A DNA stretch of 64,000 bases from positions 30,845-94,844 of the forward strand of contig CAYXYY010000011.1 in NCBI GenBank assembly GCA_964469495.1, in the 5' to 3' direction. The translations under genes and the position numbers were made by a program. This stretch comes from an uncultured Planctomycetia bacterium. GTDB lineage: Bacteria > Omnitrophota > Gorgyraeia > S143-82. Each line of letters opens with the position of its first letter. Position 1 is the first letter of the stretch. Below, piece by piece: positions 9,636 to 19,263 of this stretch. The notes under the pieces are model-generated. The model was given only the letters and a program-made list of their open reading frames with translations. It did no database searches and was not told where the DNA came from.

Positions 9636-10367
9636 ATGAGTCCTAGGGAAGCAAAGGTTAAAAAAGACGAGGTTTTGGCAATGATTGTCGAGGCCTATTT
9701 TGAAACAGGTGCGCCTGTTTCCTCGATGGCTTTGGTGGAACGGGGCATGAAATGTTCCTCTGCGACTATAAGGAATATTATGGCTGAATTTATTGACGAA
9801 GGATTTCTGGCTCAGCCACATACGTCTGCTGGGCGGATTCCTACTGCCAAGGCTTATAGGTATTATTTGGATTTTCTTATGGAAAGGGCGCATGAGGATT
9901 TGGAATCTGATCTGCCGAACTTTGCTTCCCGGACGGCCTCATTAGATGGATTGATTAAACATATTGCCGATTCAGTTTCAGAGTTGATGCATCAAACCGG
10001 GATGAGCGCATTTTGGGGGCATAGAGACGTGTATCTGCATGGAAGAAACTATCTGATTGATTATTCGGAACTTCAGGATATAGACAAGCTCAGAGAGATA
10101 TTTACTTTTTTGGAGGATGAGCAATCCGTACACGAGATTTTATGGCGGGATATAAAAGACCGCGTAAATGTTTTCGTGGGCAATGAGATTGGAAGGCCGG
10201 AAGTTTCAGAGTGTTCCTTGATTATCTCTGCCTGTGACGTTGGCGATGGCAAGGAAATAAGGATAGGCATTATAGGGCCTATGAGAATGGATTATGGCCG
10301 CAACCTGAGTCTTCTGGAAAGGTTATCTGAGGAGGTGGAGGGTATATGCAAAAGAATAGCCCTATGA
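9636..10367 (+). CDS. hrcA: Heat-inducible transcription repressor HrcA (short, about 243 aa)
   Basis: The N-terminus ...SSMALVERGMKCSSATIRNIMAEFIDEGFLAQPHTSAGRIPTAKAYRYY is the diagnostic HrcA winged-helix segment. The C-terminus has ...IGIIGPMRMDYGRNLSLLE. It is followed by grpE-dnaK-dnaJ. Confidence 0.8.
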   Translation: MSPREAKVKKDEVLAMIVEAYFETGAPVSSMALVERGMKCSSATIRNIMAEFIDEGFLAQPHTSAGRIPTAKAYRYYLDFLMERAHEDLESDLPNFASRTASLDGLIKHIADSVSELMHQTGMSAFWGHRDVYLHGRNYLIDYSELQDIDKLREIFTFLEDEQSVHEILWRDIKDRVNVFVGNEIGRPEVSECSLIISACDVGDGKEIRIGIIGPMRMDYGRNLSLLERLSEEVEGICKRIAL

Positions 10368-10918
10368 AAGAAGACAAGAGAGAGGATGAAGTTGTTATGA
10401 AAAAAGATAATGAATCTGTTTCTATATCTCGCGAGGAATATGAGGAATTGTTAAAGGCCCGTGATGAGAGAAAGGAGTGGCAGGAACTTGCCGCGCGCAT
10501 AAAAGCGGATTATGAAAATGCGCGTAAACGCCTTGAGAGAGAAAAGGAAGAGTTTATAAGATTTGCGCAATATAACGTGCTTAAGGATTTGCTTTCAGTG
10601 GTGGATGACTTTGAACGGGCGCGTTCCGCGGCAGTTGAAACGCAGGACATAGAGAGTCTGGTAAAAGGTTTGGATATGATTGGAAAGGATCTTCAATCTC
10701 TTTTAAAACGCTATGGCGTTGAAGAAATAGATGCTCATGGGAGAAAATTTGACCCGGAGTTGCACGAAGCCATGTTGCAGGAGGAGACTGAAGATGCTGA
10801 GCCGTTTACTGTTTTGGAAGTTCTTCAAAAGGGATATAAGATGCACGATAAGGTCTTAAGGCCGGTTCGTGTAAAGGTTAGTGTGGCAGCTTCTGAGGAA
10901 GAAGCAGGTGAAAAATAA
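10346..10918 (+). CDS. grpE: Nucleotide exchange factor GrpE
   Basis: The coiled-coil N-terminus and C-terminal GrpE fold motifs (...FIRFAQYNVLKDLLSVVDDFERA...GVEEIDAHGRKFDPELHEAM...) sit between hrcA and dnaK. Confidence 0.9.
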   Translation: MQKNSPMKEDKREDEVVMKKDNESVSISREEYEELLKARDERKEWQELAARIKADYENARKRLEREKEEFIRFAQYNVLKDLLSVVDDFERARSAAVETQDIESLVKGLDMIGKDLQSLLKRYGVEEIDAHGRKFDPELHEAMLQEETEDAEPFTVLEVLQKGYKMHDKVLRPVRVKVSVAASEEEAGEK

Positions 10919-10952
10919 ACTTTGAGGATAATTTTTAAGGAGGTGTTGTGTT

Positions 10953-12827
10953 ATGGCAAAGGCAATAGGAATTGACTTAGGTACATCTAATTCTGCAGCA
11001 GCAATTATGGAAGGAGGACAACCCAAAATCATTCCTTCCGCAGAGGGGACAACTGTAGGTGGAGGGAAGGCTTTTCCTTCCTACGTGGCTTTTACCAAGG
11101 ATGGACAATTATTGGTTGGAGAGCCTGCAAGGCGTCAGGCGGCAATCAATCCGGAAGGGACTATAACTCGTGCAAAGAGGTATATGGGGACGGACCATAA
11201 ATTTAATATCTATGGCAAAGAATATACTCCTCAACAGATCTCTGCATTCATCTTGCAGAAAATCAAAAAGGACGCAGAGGCCTATCTTGGAGAACCTGTT
11301 ACAGAGGCGGTGATAACAGTTCCCGCTTATTTCAATGACAACCAAAGACAGGCCACTAAAGACGCGGGCGAGATAGCCGGCCTAAAGGTCCTAAGGATTA
11401 TAAACGAACCTACGGCTGCATGTCTTGCGTTTGGATTGGATAAACTTGACAAGAATTTAAAAATTCTCGTCTTTGATTTGGGCGGAGGCACGTTGGACGT
11501 TACTATAATGGAGATGTCCAATGGTGTTTTTGAGGTCCTTTCTACGAGTGGAGATACGCAGCTTGGCGGTACGGATATGGACATCGTTTTGGCAGATTAT
11601 ATTGTTGCCGAGTTTAAGAAAAAGGAAGGTGTTGATTTAAAGCAGGATAAGATGGCGTGGCAGAGGATTGTTGAGGCCGCAGAGAAGGCAAAGATAGAGC
11701 TCTCTTCAACGCTTGAAACAGATATCAATCTGCCGTTTATTACAGCAGACGCATCCGGGCCAAAGCACCTGACGATGACGATTAACAGGGCCAAATTAGA
11801 GGAATTGGTTTCTCCTATCGTTGATAGGTGTAAGGCCCCTATCGAGCGCGCTGTTAAGGATGCAGGCCTTGGGATAGACGGCATCGACAAGATTATCATG
11901 GTTGGCGGGCCTACACGTATGCCTATTGTGCAGAAGGTAGTCGAGGATTACGTCGGTAAAAAGATAGAACGCGGAATAGATCCTATGGAATGTGTTGCTA
12001 TGGGCGCGAGCATACAGGCAGCTGTTTTAAAAGGAGAGGTAAAAGACGTCTTGCTTTTGGATGTAACACCCCTATCTTTGGGTATAGAAACTATGGGAGG
12101 AGTTTTTACGAAGATAATAGAGCGCAATACCACTATACCTACTAAAAAGAGCCAGATATTTACTACCGCTGAGGATAATCAAAGCGCGGTAACCATTAGG
12201 GTTCTGCAGGGAGAAAGGCCTATGGCCAATGACAATGTGGAACTTGGCAGGTTTGATCTGGTTGGTATTCCGCCTGCTCCGCGGGGGGTCCCCAAGATAG
12301 AGGTTACGTTTGACATAGATTCCGATGGCATTGTTCATGTCTCTGCCAAAGACGTGGCAACAGGCAAGGAGCAGTCCATTAGGATTACTGCGCCGAATAA
12401 ACTCTCCAAGGAGGATATTGACCGTATGGTCAAGGAAGCTGATCAGTTTGCAGAGGCTGACAGAAAGCGCAAAGAGGAAGTTGAGTTAAAAAATCAGGCT
12501 GATCAGCTCGTTTATACTACAGAGAAGGCATTGAAAGATGTCGGAGATAAGATCAGTGCTGAAGAAAAGGCAAAGGTGGAAGGGCATCTGCTTGAACTCA
12601 AGAATGCCATAAAAGGCGGTTCCATAGATGAAATAAAACAAAAGATGGATACGCTTATGCAGGCCTCTCACAAGTTAGCTGAGGAGATGTATAAAAAGGC
12701 TCAAGCTGAGTCAGCCTCTTCTGATGCCTCCGCAGAGCCTCAAACCGGCGCAACTGCGGAAGAGACAGGCAGCAATGACTCTGAAAAGGGAGACGATGTG
12801 ATAGATGCTGAGTTTAAGGAAGAGTAA
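10953..12827 (+). CDS. dnaK: Molecular chaperone DnaK (Hsp70)
   Basis: [27 protein letters not shown] and the Hsp70 C-terminal lid are present. It is about 624 aa, with a small insertion after the first beta-hairpin ([27 protein letters not shown]). Confidence 0.97.
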   Translation: MAKAIGIDLGTSNSAAAIMEGGQPKIIPSAEGTTVGGGKAFPSYVAFTKDGQLLVGEPARRQAAINPEGTITRAKRYMGTDHKFNIYGKEYTPQQISAFILQKIKKDAEAYLGEPVTEAVITVPAYFNDNQRQATKDAGEIAGLKVLRIINEPTAACLAFGLDKLDKNLKILVFDLGGGTLDVTIMEMSNGVFEVLSTSGDTQLGGTDMDIVLADYIVAEFKKKEGVDLKQDKMAWQRIVEAAEKAKIELSSTLETDINLPFITADASGPKHLTMTINRAKLEELVSPIVDRCKAPIERAVKDAGLGIDGIDKIIMVGGPTRMPIVQKVVEDYVGKKIERGIDPMECVAMGASIQAAVLKGEVKDVLLLDVTPLSLGIETMGGVFTKIIERNTTIPTKKSQIFTTAEDNQSAVTIRVLQGERPMANDNVELGRFDLVGIPPAPRGVPKIEVTFDIDSDGIVHVSAKDVATGKEQSIRITAPNKLSKEDIDRMVKEADQFAEADRKRKEEVELKNQADQLVYTTEKALKDVGDKISAEEKAKVEGHLLELKNAIKGGSIDEIKQKMDTLMQASHKLAEEMYKKAQAESASSDASAEPQTGATAEETGSNDSEKGDDVIDAEFKEE

Positions 12828-12852
12828 TCTCTTTGCGGGCATTGCATAAATA

Positions 12853-12878
12853 GCAGGCGCAGTTTTCCCTGCGCCTGC
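12853..12878 (+). terminator. GC-rich 10-bp perfect hairpin (GCAGGCGCAG-ttttcc-CTGCGCCTGC) between dnaK and dnaJ with no downstream U-tract. It is probably a partial terminator or mRNA-stability hairpin setting the dnaK:dnaJ ratio.
   Basis: The inverted repeat was read directly. It lies 26 nt after the dnaK stop. Confidence 0.4.
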
Positions 12879-12903
12879 ACAATTATATTAAGGAGTTTTG
12901 TGT

Positions 12904-14055
12904 ATGGCAGAAAACAAGGATTATTACAGAATATTGGGAGTAGACAGAAACGCAACGCCTGAGCAGATAAAGGCTGCTTACAGGAAACTGGCTATGCAAT
13001 TTCATCCGGATAGAAATCCGGAAGACAAAAAAGCCGCTGAAGAAAAGTTTAAGGAGATATCAGAGGCCTATGAGGTCTTGAGCGATGAGAAAAAACGCAA
13101 ATTATATGACCAGTATGGATATGAAGCAATGAAGCAGTCTTTTGGAGAGGGCGGATTTAACTGGTCTAATTTTTCACATTATCAGGATTTAGAGGATATA
13201 TTTGGGGATTTCGGATTAGACGATTTGTTGAGAGGATTTGGTTTCGGAGATGTATTTGGCGGTTATGGCCGTTCGTCTGGCCGTAGTAGAAGGGGAAGGG
13301 ATCAGGAGATAGAGGTAAGGATTTCTTTAAAAGAGGCCTATATGGGTGTTAATAAAACAATAACAATTAGACGTACGGAAACGTGTCCTGAATGCAATGG
13401 TTCAGGAAGCGCAAAAGGAAGCGCCCCTGTTGTCTGTCCGCAATGTAAGGGCAGAGGAGCTGTTGTGCAAAGGGCAGGCTTTTTTACTATGCAGACGACT
13501 TGTCCGCGTTGCGGCGGTAAGGGACAGGTTATTAATAATCCCTGTCCAAATTGTCGAGGGACAGGCAAGGTTATGGCAACGAAGAAGATTACAGTAAAGA
13601 TCCCGGCTGGCATAGAGGATGGCACTCATCTCAGGCTTGCAGGTGAAGGTGAGCAGGTTTCCGGCGGGCGGCACGGAGATCTCTATGTATTGGTAAGGGT
13701 GATGCCGGATAAAACCTTTGCGCGCAAAGGCAAAGATATATATACGAAGGCAAAGATATCTATGTATCAGGCAGCATTGGGCACAGAGATAGAGGTGCCT
13801 ACTCTTGCTGGCAAAGTGAATATGCGTGTGCCTGCGGGAGTACAGCCCGGGGCAAAATTGCGCTTAAAGGGAAAGGGTATGCCTGTTTTGCGAGGCAGTG
13901 GTTATGGCGATGAATTTGTTGAAATAATCGTACAAGTTCCGAAAGGCTTGTCTCAGAAGGAGCGTTCATTGCTTGAACAAATAGCGCAAATGAAAGGGGA
14001 GCCCTTTCTGACAGAAGAAGGCTTAAGCGACAAAATAAAGAGATTTTTCTCTTAA
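12904..14055 (+). CDS. dnaJ: Co-chaperone DnaJ (type I, with CxxCxGxG zinc-finger repeats)
   Basis: The J-domain (YYRILGV...HPDRN), a G/F region, four CxxCxG repeats and the C-terminal domain are present. An SD (AAGGAG) lies 8 nt upstream of the ATG at 12904. Confidence 0.95.
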   Translation: MAENKDYYRILGVDRNATPEQIKAAYRKLAMQFHPDRNPEDKKAAEEKFKEISEAYEVLSDEKKRKLYDQYGYEAMKQSFGEGGFNWSNFSHYQDLEDIFGDFGLDDLLRGFGFGDVFGGYGRSSGRSRRGRDQEIEVRISLKEAYMGVNKTITIRRTETCPECNGSGSAKGSAPVVCPQCKGRGAVVQRAGFFTMQTTCPRCGGKGQVINNPCPNCRGTGKVMATKKITVKIPAGIEDGTHLRLAGEGEQVSGGRHGDLYVLVRVMPDKTFARKGKDIYTKAKISMYQAALGTEIEVPTLAGKVNMRVPAGVQPGAKLRLKGKGMPVLRGSGYGDEFVEIIVQVPKGLSQKERSLLEQIAQMKGEPFLTEEGLSDKIKRFFS

Positions 14056-14066
14056 CGTAATATGAT

Positions 14067-15251
14067 ATGGCTGTTTTTTCATTCTTAACATGGAAATTCT
14101 TTACAAAGGGCCAAAAGGGATTCCTTTCCTTTATGTCTAGTATTTCTATTATAGGTGTTGCTATCGGTGTTGCTTCTCTTATTATCGTTGTCTCTGTTAT
14201 GGCGGGATTTAGCAAGGAATTAGAGCGCAAGATCTTATCAGGCAATCCGCACATAATCATAGAAACAGGCGACGTAATAGAAAATTATTCAAAACTAGTT
14301 AAAGAAATAAGAACAAAGGCGTATGTCAAAAGAGTTGCTCCAATGGTTAGTAGTCAGGTCTTTTTACAAAACGGAAATACCATATTAACCGTTTTGATGC
14401 GAGGGATTCCCAATGATAAGAACGCTATCATGGATTTTGCCTCTTTTGTAAGAACAGGAGAATTTGATTTATCAGGCAACGGGGCATTGATAGGCGAACA
14501 AATGCTTAAAGATTACGGATATGCTATTGGGGATAAAATAACCCTTCTATCTCCGATAACCAGTGAGCCGTACACATTTGAAGTAAGAGGAATTTTTAAG
14601 ACAGGCCTGTATGATTACGATGCATCTGTTGTCATCGTGGACATAAACAAGGCTTCTGAAATGTTAATTATGCCAAATAGTGCAAATATGATCGCCGTTG
14701 ACTTGACAAATCCGCACAAAGCAGAGGATGCAAAGTCAGAGCTCTTAAAGACGCTCTCGAAAGAATATCCTTTCCTGCACATTCGTACGTGGATAGAGAC
14801 TAATAAAAACCTGTTTGCCGCGTTGAAATTGGAACGATTAGTTATGTTTTTGATATTGACCCTGATAGTTATTGTCGCCTCTTTCAACATAGCCAGTTCT
14901 TTGATGGTCTTGGTTACTGAAAAAACAAGGGAAATAGGGATATTAAAGGCTTTAGGCGTGAAAGACAGGACAATATATGTGGTTTTCTTGTCAGTTGGCC
15001 TGTTAATCGGAGTTATAGGCGCCTTTATAGGCAGTGTTTTTGCGGTTATCGCTTGTGTTCTGATGGATAAATACAAATTGGTGAGCCTGCCTCCACAGAT
15101 ATATTATATAGACCACCTTCCTGTATATCTTTCATGGCATACCGTTATTATAGTATTTGGCGTCGCTGTTTTGATAAATTTGGTATCAGCCCTTTATCCT
15201 GCAAGAAGGGCAAGCCGGCTTTCGGCAATAGAGGCTATTCGTTATGAATGA
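14067..15251 (+). CDS. lolE: LolC/LolE-family (FtsX/MacB-type) ABC transporter permease. No cognate ATPase is adjacent.
   Basis: It has an N-terminal TM, a large periplasmic domain and a C-terminal FtsX-like 3-TM bundle, about 394 aa. This is the typical lipoprotein-release permease layout. Confidence 0.7.
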   Translation: MAVFSFLTWKFFTKGQKGFLSFMSSISIIGVAIGVASLIIVVSVMAGFSKELERKILSGNPHIIIETGDVIENYSKLVKEIRTKAYVKRVAPMVSSQVFLQNGNTILTVLMRGIPNDKNAIMDFASFVRTGEFDLSGNGALIGEQMLKDYGYAIGDKITLLSPITSEPYTFEVRGIFKTGLYDYDASVVIVDINKASEMLIMPNSANMIAVDLTNPHKAEDAKSELLKTLSKEYPFLHIRTWIETNKNLFAALKLERLVMFLILTLIVIVASFNIASSLMVLVTEKTREIGILKALGVKDRTIYVVFLSVGLLIGVIGAFIGSVFAVIACVLMDKYKLVSLPPQIYYIDHLPVYLSWHTVIIVFGVAVLINLVSALYPARRASRLSAIEAIRYE

Positions 15252-15373
15252 TTTTCAGACTCTATAATCATCCTGTTTTTGACATAGCAATAGAACAAGA
15301 ATAGATCCCCACCTCTTTCTCTTTTGAGGCCGAACCATGTCTGTTCCGTTTCCCAAAGGGCATGCGATCCCTA

Positions 15374-15402
15374 TTGACAAGGGACTATTGTTTATTATAA
15401 AA
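15374..15402 (+). promoter_or_regulatory. Sigma70-like promoter for tRNA-Glu: TTGACA (15374-15379), a 16-17-bp spacer, TATAAA(A)
   Basis: A consensus -35 and a near-consensus -10 sit about 20 nt upstream of the tRNA 5' end. Confidence 0.5.
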
Positions 15403-15419
15403 TACACACATAGATGTTT

Positions 15420-15494
15420 GGCCCCATCGTCTAGTTCGGCCTAGGACGCATGGTTCTCAGCCATGAAACAGGGGTTCGAATCCCCTTGGGGCTA
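15420..15494 (+). tRNA. tRNA-Glu (anticodon CUC)
   Basis: The cloverleaf folds by hand. The acceptor stem is GGCCCCA/TGGGGCT with a G1-U72 wobble. The D-arm is GTCTAGTTCGGCCTAGGAC. The anticodon stem is CATGG/CCATG with loop TTCTCAG. The T-arm is AGGGG-TTCGAAT-CCCCT. The discriminator is A and no CCA is encoded. Confidence 0.85.
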
Positions 15495-15524
15495 TTTTGA
15501 CGTGGATAAAAAAGGGGGGTGTCA

Positions 15525-16496
15525 ATGTTACGTAAGTCTTTTGTATTGTTTGTGGTTGTGTCTCTGTTTGTAGCAGGTGGTTGTAATCTGTTTTCCAAAC
15601 CGAATGACTATTCTGTTCAAGAACCCGTTAATGATGTTGAGGCAGTGGAGCCTAGTGAGCCTCAGGTTGAAGTGAGCAATATACCAGAGACGGATATTAT
15701 TGCCAAGGTGGGAAATTTCGTTATCACCAAGCAGGATTTAGCGGATTCGATAGACGTGTTAGAACAGCAATTGGGACAGAAGATAGAAAGGGATAAGATT
15801 ACGCGTCAGCAAAAGGAGATGTTGGCAGATCTGCTCGTTAGACAAAAATTGTTATATCTTGCGGCTAAAAACGAGGGGTTGGCATCTGACCCTAAAGTGA
15901 AAAGGGCGTTGCAGTTGGCAAAGGAACAGGTTTTGTCCCAAGCGCTTTTAAGTAGATATGCAGAGAGGATAAATCCTACGGATGCCGAGTTGCAGAGTTT
16001 TTATGAAGACGGGACATATCAGGGATATAAAGTAAAGGACTATTTTACTGAACAGGAAAAGAGGAGAATACAGGAAATCGCCCTTGATAGTGAGGCGGAG
16101 GCAAAACAGGTATTGGTGGATATTATGCAGGGCAATATAACATTCCGCTCAGCTGCCAGAAAGTATTCTATATTAAAATCCGCTGATAAAGGTGGAGATA
16201 TTGGTTATAAATCTGCGCAAGAGCTTTATCAGGATGGAAAACCAGATAAATACGTAAATATGGCGTTTATGATGTTGGATAAGGGGGATGTCAGCACAGT
16301 ATTTAAGGCGGATGGGAAATATTATATAATCAAAGTGGCGGGTGTGCGGCCAAAGCAGGAAAAACCGTTTTCCGAGGTCAATGACCAAGTGGAGTCATTG
16401 TATAAGATGAAAAAGCTTCAGGAGATGCAGAATGCAGCTATTGAGAGTGTAAAGAATTCAGGGATTGAAGTAAAAAAATCATATGAGAATCTATAA
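15525..16496 (+). CDS. Lipoprotein parvulin-type peptidyl-prolyl cis-trans isomerase (PrsA/SurA-like)
   Basis: It has a signal peptide with a lipobox-like ...FVAGGC. The C-terminal segment ...SAARKYSILKSADKGGDIGYKS...MAFMMLDKGDVSTVFKADGKYYIIKV matches the PpiC/rotamase domain. Confidence 0.65.
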   Translation: MLRKSFVLFVVVSLFVAGGCNLFSKPNDYSVQEPVNDVEAVEPSEPQVEVSNIPETDIIAKVGNFVITKQDLADSIDVLEQQLGQKIERDKITRQQKEMLADLLVRQKLLYLAAKNEGLASDPKVKRALQLAKEQVLSQALLSRYAERINPTDAELQSFYEDGTYQGYKVKDYFTEQEKRRIQEIALDSEAEAKQVLVDIMQGNITFRSAARKYSILKSADKGGDIGYKSAQELYQDGKPDKYVNMAFMMLDKGDVSTVFKADGKYYIIKVAGVRPKQEKPFSEVNDQVESLYKMKKLQEMQNAAIESVKNSGIEVKKSYENL

Positions 16497-16516
16497 GAGT
16501 TTATAGAAAGGAGATT

Positions 16517-17695
16517 ATGTTTAAAGATTGGCCATTACTTATCGCCATTGCATTGGCGTTCATCGCAACCTTTTCTATTTATCAGTATATGAAGACACAA
16601 CAGGAGAAAATGCAGTACCAAATAAAAGCGGCTATAGAAAAAGAAAGACAAAAATTAGAGAATGAATATAAAAAAAATATGGCCCATGTGAAAGGGCAGA
16701 GAGGTAGAGGCATAAATGTGGTTGTCGCTAAAAAAGATATTCCAGCCGGAGATGTAATTACGTCTGAAATGGTAGAATTAAGGAAAGTTCCATCATCAGT
16801 CAAAGCGCCTATGAGCGCAGGGACGTTAGATGCGGTTATAGGAAAGATGGCAAAACAGGATATCTTGGTAGGGGAACAGGTAATGCTTAACAGGGTTATT
16901 TCTCTAAAGGCTCAAAAGGGCGCTATTATCAATCCCGGGACTAGGCTTGTCACTATACAGGTGGAACAATTGGACTTGTTTAGGTTTTTAAGGCCGGGAG
17001 ACCACGTTGATATTGCCTTGATGTTCCAATTGCCGCAGTCGCAAGCGGTAACAACAGGCCTTTTCCCAGATGTCGAAATAAAGGCCATTAATGGCAGAAT
17101 CTCGTATTCTTCGCTGTTTCGAACATCTGCGCCTGCGCAGGACAAATCCAATAGAACAATTAAAAAGAGGGTCGATAATAATGCTAAAAAAACAGGGATT
17201 AGTATAGATCCTAACAAAGGGACATTGTCTTTCTCTCTGCCGCCTAAAGAGGCAGCGATTCTCTTGATGGCATCAAAACTGGGCAAGATAGAGATATATC
17301 CAAGATCTAGTCTTGATCCGGACAAGACAAAGATACCGCCGATTACTGCGGATGCTGTTTTGCAGTTCGCCCTGCCAAATATAATGGCAAAGGCCAAGAA
17401 TAATGCTGCTGTGGCGGGCCAAAAAAAGGAACAAAAGGTTGAAAAAGAACCGGAGCATGAAGCGCCAATAACCACAAGAAAGGTCAAAATAAGAAAAGGG
17501 TCTGCGGTTCAGTGGGTAGAGATTGGCGAAGAAGGTATTATCCAGGATGAGGATAAACCAAAAAAAGAGATTTCCGGGAATGTTGATAAGCAAGGGAGAG
17601 ATGGGAAGGATGCAAAGGATATAGATGAACAGAAAACGGTTGTTGATAATAGTGAGGAGGACTTACAGAAAGAAGGTGTTGTGAATGAGGTATAA
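16517..17695 (+). CDS. cpaB: Flp/Tad pilus assembly protein CpaB (RcpC), with an N-terminal TM and a SAF domain
   Basis: An N-terminal TM helix is followed by VVVAKKDIPAGDVITSEMVELRKVP...VIGKMAKQDILVGEQVM, a SAF/CpaB pattern. It sits directly upstream of a CpaC-type secretin. Confidence 0.65.
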   Translation: MFKDWPLLIAIALAFIATFSIYQYMKTQQEKMQYQIKAAIEKERQKLENEYKKNMAHVKGQRGRGINVVVAKKDIPAGDVITSEMVELRKVPSSVKAPMSAGTLDAVIGKMAKQDILVGEQVMLNRVISLKAQKGAIINPGTRLVTIQVEQLDLFRFLRPGDHVDIALMFQLPQSQAVTTGLFPDVEIKAINGRISYSSLFRTSAPAQDKSNRTIKKRVDNNAKKTGISIDPNKGTLSFSLPPKEAAILLMASKLGKIEIYPRSSLDPDKTKIPPITADAVLQFALPNIMAKAKNNAAVAGQKKEQKVEKEPEHEAPITTRKVKIRKGSAVQWVEIGEEGIIQDEDKPKKEISGNVDKQGRDGKDAKDIDEQKTVVDNSEEDLQKEGVVNEV

Positions 17696-19244
17696 TCTGT
17701 TATTTTCCGCTTTTATATTTTTAGTGTGTTTTTCTTCTCTTTCTTCTGATGCAGAGACAAATGTATATTTAAAGGCAGGCGATACAAAGGTTTTGCCGTG
17801 TCCTTCATGTCAAGAGGTCTCTATAGATAATCCTAATATCGCAGATGTTACGACTGATGGGGATTCTGTTATTGTTAGCGCTGTCAGCCCGGGTATTACT
17901 GCATTGGAATACGTCTCTGGGAGCGGGAAAAAGGATTATAAAGTAGTTGTTTGGGAAGATAACGTTCCATTTGTGGCAAATCAGGTGAGGTCTTTGCTTA
18001 AGGTTCTAAATTTATCGAATAACATTTCCGTAGGCGAAGATAAGCTGGCAGGCAAGGTTTATCTCTTGGGAGAGATATCAGGTGAAGAAAAACAAAAGGC
18101 TTTGGATAATGTGCTTCAGGCCTGTCCTTCGCCTGTAATAGTCAATCTGGTAAAAGTTAAAGACCAGCATGAGGTTATTGAAGTAAAGGTCAATGTTGCA
18201 GAGATAAGCAAGTCCGATCTGGATCAATTGGGGATAGCTTGGCCATCTTCTATATCTCTTATAGCAAGTGAAGATGTTCCCTCTGAATCAGGCGAAGAGT
18301 CCAATGGAAAGTCATTGGGCGATGCCCTTAAATTCAATAAATGGACGCGCAATGATGCTACGTGGATGCTGTCGATGTTAGAACAACAAAGCAAGGGCAA
18401 GATTTTGGCCAGTCCATCGATATTGGCAACCAGCGGCAAAGAAGCCTCTATTTTGGTTGGAGGAGAGATCCCGATTTTGATGTATGACGATGATGAACCC
18501 AAAGTCGAGTTCAGGCCATACGGCATTATTCTAAACATATTGCCGTCTATTATAGAAGGGAATAAGATAGATGTTAATTTGGAATGCGAGGTCAGTGAAA
18601 TAGACTGGACCAATTCTGTCAATGTTACATTGGCCGGAGACGACGATGACCAAAGGTTTAATGTGCCGGCCTTTACAAAGCGGAACGCCAAAACAGAGGT
18701 GATTTTAAACAACGGAGAAAGTATTATAATGGGGGGATTGTTAAAGAACACTGATACAAAAATAACATCAGGAGTGCCTGGTTTGAGTAAACTCCCTGTT
18801 TTGGGCGCTTTATTTTCCTCTAAAGATTTTCAGAAGGGTAAGACAGAGCTTATTATTACACTAACGCCCAAGATCAAGAAAGGCAATGATTCTACTCCAG
18901 CAGAAAATCTAAATCAATTGGGAGGCCTGCAAAATATAACTCTGAATAGTGATAAATCGCCGCTGCAAAGATATAAAGAGATGCTATTGAATACGATTAC
19001 CAAATCCTTTTATTACCCGGATTACGTGAAAGACAAGAAGTTGTCGGGTACTGTTTTATTAACATTACATATTGCAAGATCGGGCAGGGTGTTGGGTGTT
19101 AGAGTCAAATCGTCTTCAGGCAGCAAGGTTCTTGACAGGCTTGCAATTATGTTAATTCGAGATATTGGTTTATTTCCTCCATTTCCCGGGGATCTAAACC
19201 TAGAGGATTTGTGGATAGATATTCCTATTATATATCAGGCATGA
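17685..19244 (+). CDS. cpaC: CpaC/RcpA-type secretin with an extra C-terminal TonB_C-like domain
   Basis: It has a signal peptide, a secretin N-domain, and the secretin core (ILASPSILATSGKEASILVGGEIP...). The last ~90 aa (YPDYVKDKKLSGTVLLTLHIARSGRVLGVRVKSSSGSKVLDRLAIMLIRDIGLFPPFP) match the TonB C-terminal domain pattern. Confidence 0.75.
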   Translation: MRYNLLFSAFIFLVCFSSLSSDAETNVYLKAGDTKVLPCPSCQEVSIDNPNIADVTTDGDSVIVSAVSPGITALEYVSGSGKKDYKVVVWEDNVPFVANQVRSLLKVLNLSNNISVGEDKLAGKVYLLGEISGEEKQKALDNVLQACPSPVIVNLVKVKDQHEVIEVKVNVAEISKSDLDQLGIAWPSSISLIASEDVPSESGEESNGKSLGDALKFNKWTRNDATWMLSMLEQQSKGKILASPSILATSGKEASILVGGEIPILMYDDDEPKVEFRPYGIILNILPSIIEGNKIDVNLECEVSEIDWTNSVNVTLAGDDDDQRFNVPAFTKRNAKTEVILNNGESIIMGGLLKNTDTKITSGVPGLSKLPVLGALFSSKDFQKGKTELIITLTPKIKKGNDSTPAENLNQLGGLQNITLNSDKSPLQRYKEMLLNTITKSFYYPDYVKDKKLSGTVLLTLHIARSGRVLGVRVKSSSGSKVLDRLAIMLIRDIGLFPPFPGDLNLEDLWIDIPIIYQA

Positions 19245-19263
19245 GCTTATTTAGGGGCGCATA

